DNA of 64,000 bases. Origin: Phoronis australis. Lineage: Eukaryota; Animalia; Phoronida. Positions 12,662 through 52,756 of the stretch are shown piece by piece. The stretch's first letter is position 1. Every line of letters begins with the position of its first letter. The notes beneath the pieces were generated by a model. It did no database searches and was not told the origin of the DNA. It was given only the letters and a program-made list of their open reading frames with translations. The stretch is from positions 382,513-446,512 of the forward strand of contig NMRA01000369.1 of NCBI GenBank assembly GCA_002633005.1. Direction: 5' to 3'. Both the position numbers and the translations under genes were made by a program.

Positions 12662-13212
12662 TTAACTCAACAAAGTTTTGGTCTTAAGTCTTAAGTCAGT
12701 TTTCATGAATGATCCCGTGTCTGGCCCTAGTTACTGAAATACTGTTAACTTTATACAGTGACCACCGTCTCTAGTGAACTATAGACGGTGAAGCTCCTAT
12801 AGGTGCTTCCTACACTGGAAGCTTTTCGGTGAATTATGCCTGACACTGATTAAACAATCAGTCATGTTGTTATAAGTACCAAGTACCTTTAGCACATTGA
12901 GGGGCATCTTAGGAGGCCATTGATCTCTTTAATTCCTTCAAACTCGAACAAACATTCCCGTTAACAAACTTTTTTCAAGCAGTCTTTCGTTCAGTTCCCC
13001 AATTCAGCAACTGGCCATTTTTAACACAACCTGCAGCAGGTGGTATGATGTCATATCCCCTGGCGTGCACTGTGTAAAAATGGCCAGTATCTGATTTTGG
13101 GAACTGAGCGAAGAACTGCTTGAAGAAAAAAGTTTGATAACGGGAGTATTTGTTTGACTTGGAAGGAATTAAAGACATGCATCCCAAGGTGTCCCTCCAA
13201 CTGCAAAAGGTT

Positions 13213-13871
13213 CCGTCTCTACTGCCTAGTACTGGATACACTGGCAGGGGTCCTCAGCTTCCGTTCGTCCCCAATACACTATATATATACTACACAAAAC
13301 AGGGGTTCAACAAACAAATGAGGAATTGTTCTTTCTCCCAATACCAATTTCGGTGCCTTGCTCCACCGAGATGAAACAAATTCGCGGTCAAAGCACAAAA
13401 ATCTTCCCAAAAAGTCGCTACGAATTGTCTAGTTTGTCACGGAAGGTCATGACATTAATAACTTCACACTTAGCCAGACCATTTCATAACCTTCTGTGAT
13501 GAGCCGGCAATTGCCGTCCATTCGTAACTCATCGGATTATTCCGTATCCTACTTGACCTTAAACCCGACTCGCGTGAAGCATATCGATAGTATGCAGCGA
13601 CTTTTTGGGAAGATTTTTGTGCTTTGACTGCGAATTTGTTGCAAACTCGGTGGAACAGGACACCGTAATTGGTATTGAGAGAAAGAAAAATTCCTCATGG
13701 TTTGTTTAACCCGAGTTTTGTGTTTGCTATGGAACGCTGAAGTGAAGCACCCATGGAATTTCTAGTCCAGAGTGTCATACCTTGTAATATAATAGTATTC
13801 TGTATAGTGTATTGGGGACGGTCAGAAGCTGAGGAAGCCTGTGGTACTGTACTAGTAGAGACGGTGGTCAC
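13213..13871. mobile_element. Foldback/MITE with ~200-270 bp inverted arms; a third arm copy lies at ~11904-12163
   Basis: 13213-13420 is the diverged reverse complement of 13597-13865 (e.g. AAATTCGCGGTCAAAGCACAAAAATCTTCCCAAAAAGTCGC). 11904-12163 is a direct copy of the right arm. Confidence 0.8.
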
Positions 13872-13979
13872 CACAGGCACATTTAATCAGCGCTCGACCA
13901 TATAATAATAAAGAGTATTACACTCCGAAACCCTATAGTCGTCCGCCTAAGCATAAAACCGGCTTGTTGTCTTACTCAC

Positions 13980-14130
13980 CCAATTATTCCACTTCAAAGT
14001 TATGATCTGAATAGGACTTGATTTAACTCTCACAAATATATATAGTATTCGTTGATTCAAACGTTTTCTTTTACTTAAGCCGAGTTGTTCAACTGTGCAT
14101 TGCTTTTCGGCAGCCATTTTATAATGACAC
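13980..14130 (-). other. Probable first exon of BRF1 (5'UTR or N-terminal extension)
   Basis: Strong donor G|GTGAGTAAG at 13979. The conserved ATG exon is preceded by an acceptor (CTTCCAG|ACCATG at 11484), so an upstream exon is required. YY1-like AAAATGGCTGCC at 14120-14109. The 5' boundary is approximate. Confidence 0.6.
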
Positions 14131-14280
14131 CTATGGTCGTCATGTGCTGCCGCCTTTTGAAAGGACAGAAAACCACACAGAAAAAGGCCAAGAAAATAGT
14201 GGAAAGTGGTTTACAGCAACTCTACTTCAACCACAAACTGTTTTACTGGTATGATATCGATTTTTAAATCGATNTAGTAG
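14090..14280. promoter_or_regulatory. Putative bidirectional promoter between BRF1 and DCAF4
   Basis: Head-to-head gene arrangement; YY1-like CGGCAGCCATTTT (14108-14120) and GCCGCCTTTT (~14148); two ATCGAT (DRE-like) cores at ~14256-14273. An assembly N at 14274 lies adjacent. Confidence 0.5.
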
Positions 14281-14292
14281 AGACGGTGGTCA

Positions 14293-14374
14293 CCACAGGC
14301 ACATTTAATCAGCGCTCGACCATATAATAATAAAGAGTATTATATCGTCGAGGGTTGATTAAAGGTGCCTGTGG
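14293..14374. repeat. Short palindromic element (34-bp arms)
   Basis: CCACAGGCACATTTAATCAGCGCTCGACCATATA ... TATATCGTCGAGGGTTGATTAAAGGTGCCTGTGG. Confidence 0.75.
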
Positions 14375-14797
14375 CTTTGCACTCAGGTTGGGTTGCCCTG
14401 TCGTTACAATAAGGTTAAAATTCGTCAACATTATTGAAATTCAGCCAGAATTGAGCATAAACCAAGTACAAACCAGAAATAACAGAGATTCAGCCCTCAG
14501 TCACGCATGTGAACAACAACGGGTAAAAATGACGAGAGAAAGCAGAAACCACTCAAACATCACTGAACCAAATCGTGTGGTTCAACAACAGGAAACTGGT
14601 TCACACACATAGGGGATTCGTTTAAGTTCCCTTTATTATATTTTATGTCATATTCCAAGTTTATCAAATAATTAATCAAATTATTTTTTCGTATCATACA
14701 TTTTTAAAAACTAACCCAAAGGGGCAATATAAAGGAAATTGTTTTCATAGTATAAATATTACCTTGGAACATAGTGATTTTGGGTACAGTTGGTAAA

Positions 14798-17700
14798 ATG
14801 CCACCGAGACGGGACCGTAAACGAAGAAGAAATTGGAAACGCTTTGGTAATACCTTGATTAAAATAAAGTAATTCTACAGCCACATTAGACTTTTATCAC
14901 ACGCGTCATAAATATAGAAACATTTTAGCTTAGGATCGCTCAACATTCAATGCACATCACTGTGAACTGGTTAAATAGAACCTGAAGATGAGCCTGAGAT
15001 ATGTCTCAAAATATCGCTTTTTAAATTATGTTACCTACTGATGTCGTTTGGATTTTTATTTGCACTGTTGTATGTGATGTAAAGACAAGATCTCTATTTA
15101 GACAGTTGGAAAGAACAGAAATTAAACTAGTAAAAACAGATCAAAGTCGTGTCTTCAATGAATTGATGCCAAATTAGTGATTTTTAAATTTAAGTTTACT
15201 TTCACATGCCATGACTTTTAATTTTATTTTATAGTTAAGTTGCGTTTACATGGTTTACAGAGTACACCCCACTCACTCTGATCATCTGCAGATGGCGCTT
15301 TTCCATACCCAATGTGTTTGCAATGCAACAAACCTAATCTTGTGGAAATAATTATAGGGTCAGTTCGTTATTACAAAGAATTACTTGCTCAATTATCTCC
15401 GGCATGTCTTTATGAATAGGCTTGAATTGCTGCTTGGCTGGAGTAAGTCACCTCGCTTAGGCTTGTCTTGTTGTAGCAAGGTCTACAAAACCTGTTCTCA
15501 TTTCATGACTCAAAACATTTTCCCATTCAGTGACTTTACCCAACATAGAGGGTTGTGAGCATGTGATAACATCTAGCTTCTTTGTTAACTGCCAAGCACA
15601 GTCTTTTGGCTGGTATGACAAAAGGCAGGCGAATTATCTACCAGACTTATTACAGACCACTTGTGAACACAGTAAAACCCAGAGCGAATTGGTACGTTTA
15701 GAAACAATAGATTGTCATAACTTCGGTTGTAGTTGGGTGATTTTGGCGATTCAAAAACTAAACGTTACCACCATTTGACGAGGATTTTAGAAGTGCTTTT
15801 GGTTTATGTTCAAATGTGTTATAACTTAACTTTTACTTTTAACACCACTGTGACAGTCCAGTCAGGCTAGATACCATCTTACTGGAGATTAGAACAATTA
15901 TCAAACAAAAGAGAGCTGGCCCTCCAACCATAAATGCCAGAATGGAGTTAATCAGTCGTGTAAGATATTGGCTACAGGGGTCATCTTCCCAACTTGCTGT
16001 TGGGCTATAGAATCGAACAAGTTGGGAGCAACGGGAAAACTCCGTAATGAATCCCATTTTGTGTTGGTGCAGCTGACTAACTTGCTGCCAAATTTTGGTC
16101 AGACAGATGTTGAAAGCTATTCAGCTCGTCTCCAATTTAATCTTCCCAAAATATTTCAAAGAACGCACTTTCTGCGCCAAAAAATTCCATGCAACACAGA
16201 CGATACATCGATCGTGACCTATGCAGCACACACTGATCGAAATTCTAAAACTTAGTGAGGTCTCTGGAGCCATACGGTGGTTGAGGACACTGTGTATATG
16301 TGGATACTCATTGATCTAATTTGAGGGATATGGTTTGCAAAAACTGCGCGAGCTCATTCAAATGTTGATGGTGTGGCAACTGAAATTTACGTTACTCAGA
16401 ATGCACGGAAAATAAACTTGTTTCGTCCCTGCTTGCCCCTAGCTGTTACTAAATTTTCTGTTTTCAAGTATCGCAAGAAACGTTTGCAAAGTGATAAATA
16501 TTCCCAAACAATACTCAACGTCAGTGGTTTCTTACTTATTGTAATAAATGCCATTTGAAATATTTTCAGGACACAACAATGATTGCCGGAAGTCAAATGC
16601 GTCAGAGCAGACCTCTGGAGATGATATCCTTTTTATTGATCTGTACATCTACATGGCTGCTGCCCAATCATCGTGTATAATCGGTAAGGTCTCGAGACAA
16701 AATCGTTGGCCATAATTGATCTTTTTTTATTTTTTCAAGTTGGGTATACTTTGTTGTGAATGGCCACAATTTCTGAAATTATTGTCTGATGATAGCGATG
16801 ATACAGAACCTAAAATTAGGATTTATTAGATGCCGCATTTATTGATATATAAAAAAATATAAAGAACACTTTCCACCATATTTTGTCCTAAATTGGTGTT
16901 TTCTTATTGTAGGGATTGAAAATAATAGGTCTAAATAAAAGAAGTCCTTCTTGCAAATGTTTTTACTGTCTAAAGTACATTGCTTCACCAGAAGTGTGAA
17001 CTCTAGGTCATGACGACTATTCAGGCGCCCAGTTTATCAATATTCCCGGTCATAGATGAGATATATGATTGTAGTGACGCTCACGTGTTTTTATTAGAAA
17101 AAATGTTACTTCTGAATTCATAAATTCTAGAATGTGTACTTACACTCTTAGGGACATTCTCGGTAAGAATGATAATTTTACAGAAATTAGCAGCGGTAAA
17201 GACTTGAGCCCACTTCCTCTGCAGAAACAGCCAAACGTTCTAACATTTTGCCAAGTGCCACGCATTTGAAAAACGAATTATTTTAAGCATAATTATTTAA
17301 ATGGTAAAGACTCGGTCCTTGATATCCGCAAATGTTTGTCAAACAATGGGGAAAATTGGCAATTTGTTATCCCATCCAACAATAATCCATTTTTGGCCTG
17401 AAAACCAATGATGTACCCTAATAACCACCATGATTGTAAAGCACTTTTTAAGGATTTTTTTGCCAAGTAACGTCTAGGATACAATTTTCTTAGCTACCAC
17501 TGGACCAACAACCGTGGGGTGAAGCACTTCACAGGAAATGTACAATTAGCTTAGAGGATTTTTGTAATCTTCCTGGACAGTAATGTGGGAGAATGGGTAC
17601 CCATTCTCTGAGTGCATTCTAAAATGGAAAAGTTATGCAATCACTAAAAATAGTATTTTCCAGCTCCATTTTATGTGGAATGAGTTTAATTAAGAGTTGG

Positions 17701-20700
17701 TTTGTATGTCAGACACAATTCTTCTTAACTGTGTAAATATTTAGAAATACCAGGCTTTTATTATGACAAAGAAAAGAAAAGGTATTTCCGCATTTTACCT
17801 GGACACTGCCAAATACCTGGAGGTATCACCAGTGAGGTGCTGAAGAAAAAGAAAATTGAGATCAAAAGGAAAGAAGATCTTCAATTATCTGAGTTGAGTA
17901 AGCAGTATCGAGTGTCGGACATTCATCGCAACATACTTGGCAGACACCCTTTGAAGTCTGCCTCAATAAATAACATATCATCCAGGGTGCTTCTTCGCCA
18001 GACACTGGGAAGTGTGTTATCTCCTCGACTAGAAGAATTGACGTACAGGATGTGTGCAAAAAAGTTATCTCCATATCTGCAAAAGAGTCTCGAGCCCTAT
18101 GTAGAGAGTCCTTTGCACTTACTGTTGAATGAAAATCAGAACGAGATTTGGAGTGCTTCTTCAGAGAAACGCACACTGGGTAGTAACCTGCAGTGTATTA
18201 GAATTAATGGTGCTTTAGTGAACAGTGAGAGTAACCCTCTTGTGTCATCCCCTTGTACTAACTTAACAATCACACCATGGTGTTCGTCAGTGCCTCACAC
18301 TATCACCTCGTTATGTTATGCTACTCCAAAGCATTCCGACGCCAACTCAGCAATTCTCTTCACAACAGTGTGCCCTCTGGGCACCGATGCTAGTCGCGCT
18401 TACATCAAGGAATACGGCTATGGTACAGACTCTGACACTGTGTCATGTAATAACTTTCACCTGGGCGTCAAGGCCACATGGACATGCGCCTGGAACCCAT
18501 GGCTACAGCAGTTCAGTGTTGGATCAGAGAAGTGTGCACTGATTGTTGACACGGCGACTAGGTATCTATGGCAACTAGACACAAAAGGAAGCGATGTACT
18601 GTCACAGATTTTCACTGGAGAGGTAAAAGTATATCGAATAATTATTTTTTAAAATCAAGACAGTGTTGAATGACTTTCCATCATGAACTTGTCTTTACAG
18701 TAAAATTTCACCACTTTTGGACAACAATAATTTACACTTTTCATTTTTCAAAGGCATCCATCTTTGTTTTGAATGTTTGCAATTTTGTAAAACATCTCCT
18801 AATGGTAGCTCTGGTTTTGGTGCTATGCATCATATTTTTAAAAAGATGGTGGAATTGTATGTCACTTGTCTGCCAAATTCTGTCATAATTAGTGAAATTT
18901 TTAATGTAAAATAATTAATATGTTTAGATTCTTCATCTAAGTTGCTACAGCCAGCATATTTATCAAAAAAATCTTTTGCAAGTGGAGCATGATATTATGT
19001 CAGCCAAGTGTTTTGTTTGAAATCAGTAAAAAGAGGTGTTTATTACACAGTTACTTGTTGGTGTTTTGCAGAATTGGAATGTCCTGCTGAGTGGAACACG
19101 GTCGGGGAAAATTTGTCAGCATGATTTAAGAGTGTCAAGGAAACGCTGTGTTCAATATGTCAGTCATCCATCCAGCGTGTGTAGCCTGCATATGATGTCA
19201 TCTGGACAACACATTATAGCTAGCGATTTTGCTGGAAATGTAATTTTTATATGAATAGGAGCATTTATTGTTGTTTCAACTCGCTTGTAGTGCTGAATAT
19301 TTAAAGAGTTTTTAAGAAATCACATTTGTGGCAGTTATGTCACTGAAAGTTGTTCAGATAATAGTTTTTGTGAGATATGAAACAAGGTGGATTTTTGTCT
19401 TACTTCCCTTGACATCATGGTGTTCACCTGGTAATTGACCTATCGCAAGCTCCGCCCACTTGCTTAGAGTCGACAAACAAACAATAAGTTTTACCTGAAA
19501 ATGTGTTGTTTGACGGGTAAAATGGCAGCTTGGAAACGAAGGTGTGTCAAGAATGCTGCTTTCCGATTGGTCATTTGAGCCATCGCTCAAAATCCTGGCG
19601 ATAGGTCAATTCACAGCGGGAATGTGATTGAAATTTGTAATCTTCAACCTCATGCTGGTTTTTGACGTTCAGGGGCTGGAAAGGTAACAAGATGATGATT
19701 TTGTCCTGCTCTTGTATGTTTGGAAGCCCGCTAGTTGTCTATTCCATTCTGGGTTCGGCTATTCATATATCATAAGGGTTAATAAAATAATTTTGCCCAG
19801 GACCATAAACCCTTTATTAAGCTGTGCATAGTTACACAGTCCATCTAGGACAGTTGTATGTCTAAGAGCATGGTTCACCAAAGAACTGCTTTCATTGACC
19901 TTGTTTGCCAATTTCGAAAAAGCCTGTTGTGTGTGAAGGATGCCCATGATTTGTAAACATCCCCAAAATTCTAAGTCCCTAAGCAGACTAGTTAACCCAT
20001 CCAAGACCAAAATGTTATGACATGTAGTGGTGTTTTTCACTTGTAAGTGCAATGTCGTCACTGCTGCACCATGTGCACATTGCTCTGTAAGAGTCGTTCT
20101 ATGATTACTTTTTCATTCATTGATCAGTTCAGTTTAAATTTACGGTAAAATCTCATTAATTTAGGACATGATATGGCGGACAAGTCGGTCTTATTATTTG
20201 TAAAAGATAGGTTTTAATAGCTACAAATATCCAATTTTTGTATCATTCTAAGTTCTAAACCATAAATAGTTTCAGGCCTAATGTTTTTGAGAAATTACGG
20301 GCCCTTCACAGCTGTACACTGCTAAAAGCTTATTTGAACAATATAAAAATTGAGGTTTTATCATAGTTACAAAATACCTGCTCACAACGCGTTTGTTGTG
20401 TCACATTTCAGATCAAAATGTGGGATCTGAGGCAAAGCAAAGTGGTGCAATCATATGAGGGACATGTGAATGAATACAAGACATTACCAGTCAAGCTTGA
20501 CTCCACGGAAAGTCTGTTGTACGCAGGTAGGTGTGGTCACCTAAAGCAAGAACCAAGAATATATCTTCCACACCATGTTGAGATTGACATATTCATATAC
20601 AAGAATATTTTATTGTGAAATTCATTTGATTCAGCCGCTGATCTGATTCTTATCTTGGGGACTTTTTGTTGTTAGTGAAAATGTGCAATCCATTTCATGT

Positions 20701-21247
20701 CCCTCGGACCTTTGTTGTATTCATTCCATTCATTGCTATCATAAGGGTAAAAATAGACAACAAAGGATGAATTGCGAAGACAATCTTGGACGAAAGTTTG
20801 ACTTCATGTGTTGGATTATGTTCAGATCTCTGTTATGAAGCTGATAAAAATTGGAATCATTGATATTTTTGTTGAATGTAGCACAGTATAAGTCATAACT
20901 GCTGGCTCTGTACGTTAAATTCTGTTTCAAGCATCCTCTGTAAGACTGATCAGTGATTCATCCTTCTGTTGAACTAAGTGCAGTTAGTTCATTGGCAGTT
21001 GTGGGAATTCTATAATGTGTTTTAATTACCCATTCTTACAGTTGGCCAGGATGGGTACACTCGTATGTGGGATGCTTGTACGTCAGAGTGCATCAAGACA
21101 ATCGCCCCTCCTTGCTCCGTCTCTGTTCAGGCCTTGCCCACTGTGGTCTATTCCAGCAACTGGGCAGGCCAGCAGGGTAATGTGGCCTTGATCATGGCTG
21201 TACATGACAGACTGCACGTTTATGGGATTAAGGAAACTGAAGTCTAG
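14798..21247 (+). CDS. DCAF4: DDB1- and CUL4-associated factor 4-like WD40 protein (DCAF4/WDR21)
   Basis: Exons 14798-14846 (MPPRRDRKRRRNWKRF), 16570-16623 (alternative end 16683), 17745-18622, 19072-19239, 20412-20526 and 21042-21247 give about 489 aa. Contains the EIPGFYYDKEKKRYFRILPGH motif, AWNP, SDVLSQIF, GTRSGKI, IKMWDLR..YEGHVNEY and VGQDGYTRMW, typical of DCAF4. The first two exons are less certain than the last four. Confidence 0.88.
19433..19611. mobile_element. MITE with 14-bp TIR in a DCAF4 intron
   Basis: AATTGACCTATCGC ... GCGATAGGTCAATT. Confidence 0.65.
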
Positions 21248-21290
21248 TAATGGATGATCATGAGGTTTTGGGATCATTGTTGAATGGGCA

Positions 21291-21392
21291 ATAGTCTGAT
21301 ATAATGTGCCCGTATTTTGAGAACGAGTTTGATGCCCATTATTAAGTGGAGAAAACTGGTTCTCAAAATGCGGGCATGCTATATCAGACTAT
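21291..21392 (+). repeat. Palindromic mini-element (40-bp arms) in the DCAF4 3'UTR
   Basis: Arms 21291-21330 and 21353-21392 are 35/40 reverse-complementary; a half copy lies at ~4137-4175. Confidence 0.85.
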
Positions 21393-24300
21393 AACTGTTG
21401 AATGGATAGATTTTTTGAAGTTATTAGCGTTGACCAGAGCTATAAAGCACAGTCCATTTTGTGTGATTTTACTATAAATCGCCAGTCCTCGTAGTTTTCT
21501 GCCAGACATTTGCTGAAATCGAGGTCAGAGTCTTAGCAGTTTATATACTATTAAAATACCATTATTTTAATAATACATGAGATTTGGCTCAACTGTAGTG
21601 TGACTGCTACAGCAGATTATGCGGTTCTTTCAGACCATGTGAACGCAAAAATATTTAGACCTGTTGGTTAATGTTTGGTTTTCCATCATTCCCAGTACCC
21701 GGAATTTCCGTAGATGAGCCAATGGGCATGCAATTGTATTCGGAAAATGAAAATTTTCAGGTGTTTTAGCAACACCAAATAAATGCCCGGGCGTGTATTT
21801 GGAAAAGGTGCGTGTTAACGGAAAGTCGTAGTTTTGCCGAATTTGACATTCTTTTACTAAAACTGCATTTTTTAATTTTCTGCCAATAAATGCACAGTTC
21901 GCCAACACCTTCTCATTCTTACAAATGACAAATGCGCCACAAAACTGAATTAGTGACAAAAAAATTGACGCTGAATGGGCTTTTAAGAGGAAAATTTCCA
22001 AACGCCTCACTGTCTGGACATTTGACACTACAAGATGTAACATCAAATAAACGCCCATGGATGTGTAATCGACATAATTTTGCGAATATACTCCCATGGG
22101 CGTTTCAGTGGGCTGGCTTATTATATATACAGGAAATCCCGGTAAGATACAGCTATGTAAAGCATAAAATTTTGACTGTGGGTTAACATGACATATGCCT
22201 TTAAGTGATAAAAAAACAAAACCTCATTTTTACAGCTTTAATTTCAGATTTGATTTCATCAACAGTGTATATTTACATGCAATTTGTTACGACCGTGCAC
22301 AACTTGTCAGTTATGAAGTTTGTATTGTTATAAAACATTTAGAGACCTTTCAGCTTTCGGTACGTTCTGTGTATTTAAAATTAAATTAATAAATAATTAA
22401 TGTAAAATATATACAGTTAACTAAATCAAAATTGATATAATTATCAAAATACTGGCTTTTTATCCAGCACCAGTTACTACAGCCAGTCGCCAATTTGATT
22501 CGATAAAGCATTACCTTCACATAAATGTAGACTTCAGACACAATACTTTCATCTAGTGTCAGTTGTAGGTACATCTTGTAGAATTTGGATGCTGTTCTTT
22601 TTCAGAGTAATTTTATTACAAAATAACATACATATCTTCAAAGAAACTAGAAACTATTAAATAAGAGATGATGGAACTGACGTTTTTACATTCCAGTAAG
22701 ACTCGCATAAGTCAGACTTTCATAAATCCTATTTGTGCTAAACTCTGGAGAAAGTTCCACAGCACTTGTTCTAATCAATACACTATGTCCTTCATATAAG
22801 TTCGGTGTGAATACCCTTACCATAAACATACTTGACATAAATTCTCAGTGACTGTCCAGTCGAATACAACTTGTGCCAGTTTTACTGCAATTTCATGATT
22901 TTCCAGACCGTACGAAATTTCAGGCCCTTGCCACACAACCCAGTCATGAAACTTAGAGTGAAAACAAAGAAGTACACAACAAAGTATCTGTTTCGTACCT
23001 GGTACTATGTGTTAAACACTATCCTCATAACAAAATAGTTGAGCCAACAGTACCTACTGATAACAATAGTCTCCAGTACCATGTAAAACACAGTAGACAC
23101 GCCACATCCCTGCGTCTCCGTGATTCGTTGTACGTGCCCAAAATCAAAGCATTTTAACAACACTTAAAGCTGCATTTTGCCCTGCTTAGGTGCCTGAAAA
23201 ACAAAAACTGAATCTGGCCTTGTATGCTCATCAACTCAGACCCGTAATGTTCTTAAAATATTTTCAAAGAACATCAAAACCATCAGCGAAAATGTTTCCG
23301 AGTTTAATGCGGTTGGCCAACCCTAAACTTGGTGCAAGTACCCATTCCTTGAGTTCTAACAAAAATGGAATCCTATCACAGTACGGAACATTATATAACC
23401 TATTGGATAAGAGTATCAGGATCATTTGGATTTTCTGTTTATAGGCAGCTAAACAAGGCAAAACGTAGTTTTAAACAATTCCAACCTTGCATAGTTTAAT
23501 TGAGTACTTGTATCTATCTATGTACAGTGGCTGTGCTTCGAGCCGCAATGTCTTGTAGAGTGACAAAATAACTACAGCCATCTGGGAGTAGGCCGACACA
23601 ATGCAGAATCATTACACTTAGGTAAAGAAATGTACTAGTGCAAAATATATATCACAGAGTATAACCTAATTTTGATACTTAGCAGCCATACTTTATGGTA
23701 AAGAGCGGCAGGAAATACTTGATGTTCGTGTCAGTTCCAAGATGTATACGTAACGGGTAGTTTTGTCAAAATCACTTTTAGACCACATCATGTCATGAAA
23801 TTGCACATCAGTAGTCTATACTGCAAGAGCCAATAATGGCAAATTGTGGCCCCATATGAGGTCCATTGATGACTGACCAAGTGATCCAATGGCCACAGTG
23901 ATACATGAAAGTAACATAAATGTTGCCACTAAGAAATCTCAGCAAAATTAGAGCACGCTCATTACACAAAATCATTTTTATTGCACATTATTCATTTAAA
24001 TCCTCAATATGTCATTGGCAACATGGATATGCAAATTCTGAAGCATACTGTTTAGTGACTACCTGGTGACTTAGACAATAATCCAGAAAAAAAAACAATG
24101 CGTAAAAATCCTGGCTCATAAGAGCTGAAGATGTTTCACACATAAACAACATTTTCTATTTAGATGTCATGTTTGCAAAACTAAGCAAGCAATCTGTTAA
24201 AAAAATGTCCAGACAATCTGCACTTTTTCAGAGTTTTCCCGTCCTCATTTACATAATTTATGTAATTGGTTCCACTGAGAACACTTTGTTTGTAAGCAAA

Positions 24301-24975
24301 TGTCACTTTCCATATTGAGATTGAACTGAGATACAACTGTTTTAATTAGCATTAAGGTGATGAAGGACCTTATTGACAAGTGGTTGTACTTAGCCAAACA
24401 CACATTTTAACTCAGTAAAAGTTTTTTTTTAATTTGATTTTGACTTCATACCAATCAACCATAAATAAGGCCACGTTATCATGATATCTTTTGCGTAAAA
24501 TTAAGAAAAAATAATGTACATTCAAAGCAAAACATCGGTATCAATAACATGATGAATAGATGTTCAAGAGCCTCAAAAATACTGAGTTTTCTAAATTATC
24601 ATTTCGTCTTCATATCCTGTTAAATAAAAAACTTGAAAGCTGCATAAAAGTCCTATTTTTGATACCCTCTCGCGCAAGTGTGGAACATTTTAAAAACAAT
24701 CCCTGGCAGCATTTTGGAGAACATAAAGCACAGTGTCAGAAAGTTTTATATGAATCCGATCAGTTGATTCTAAGTTGTAATGTTCCGAAGTGTGCCAAAT
24801 TTGGACATTTTTCTAGGGTTCTGCATAACCTTAAATCAACACTGCAAGAAGCCAGCGTTGTACTACAAGAACACCAGGTGAAACCAGTTCACAGGTTTCC
24901 AACAAAACGGTGGCTGTATACAAACAACAAATCTTTGGCACTTTGCACCAGCTCCATGGCCCGCTGAGGCCACTA

Positions 24976-52723
<27,748 letters not shown>

Positions 52724-52756
52724 CACGCCAGGAAACACCAGTCGGTAACTTTTCAC

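Noticed and set aside
15430-16350. Possible Bel/Pao C-terminal remnants in DCAF4 intron 1
   Set aside because: Motif resemblance is weak and appears on inconsistent strands; cannot be supported without a search.
21630-22097. 155-aa minus-strand ORF
   Set aside because: No domain features, lies in repeat-like DNA between two 3' ends, and has no supporting splice or promoter signals.
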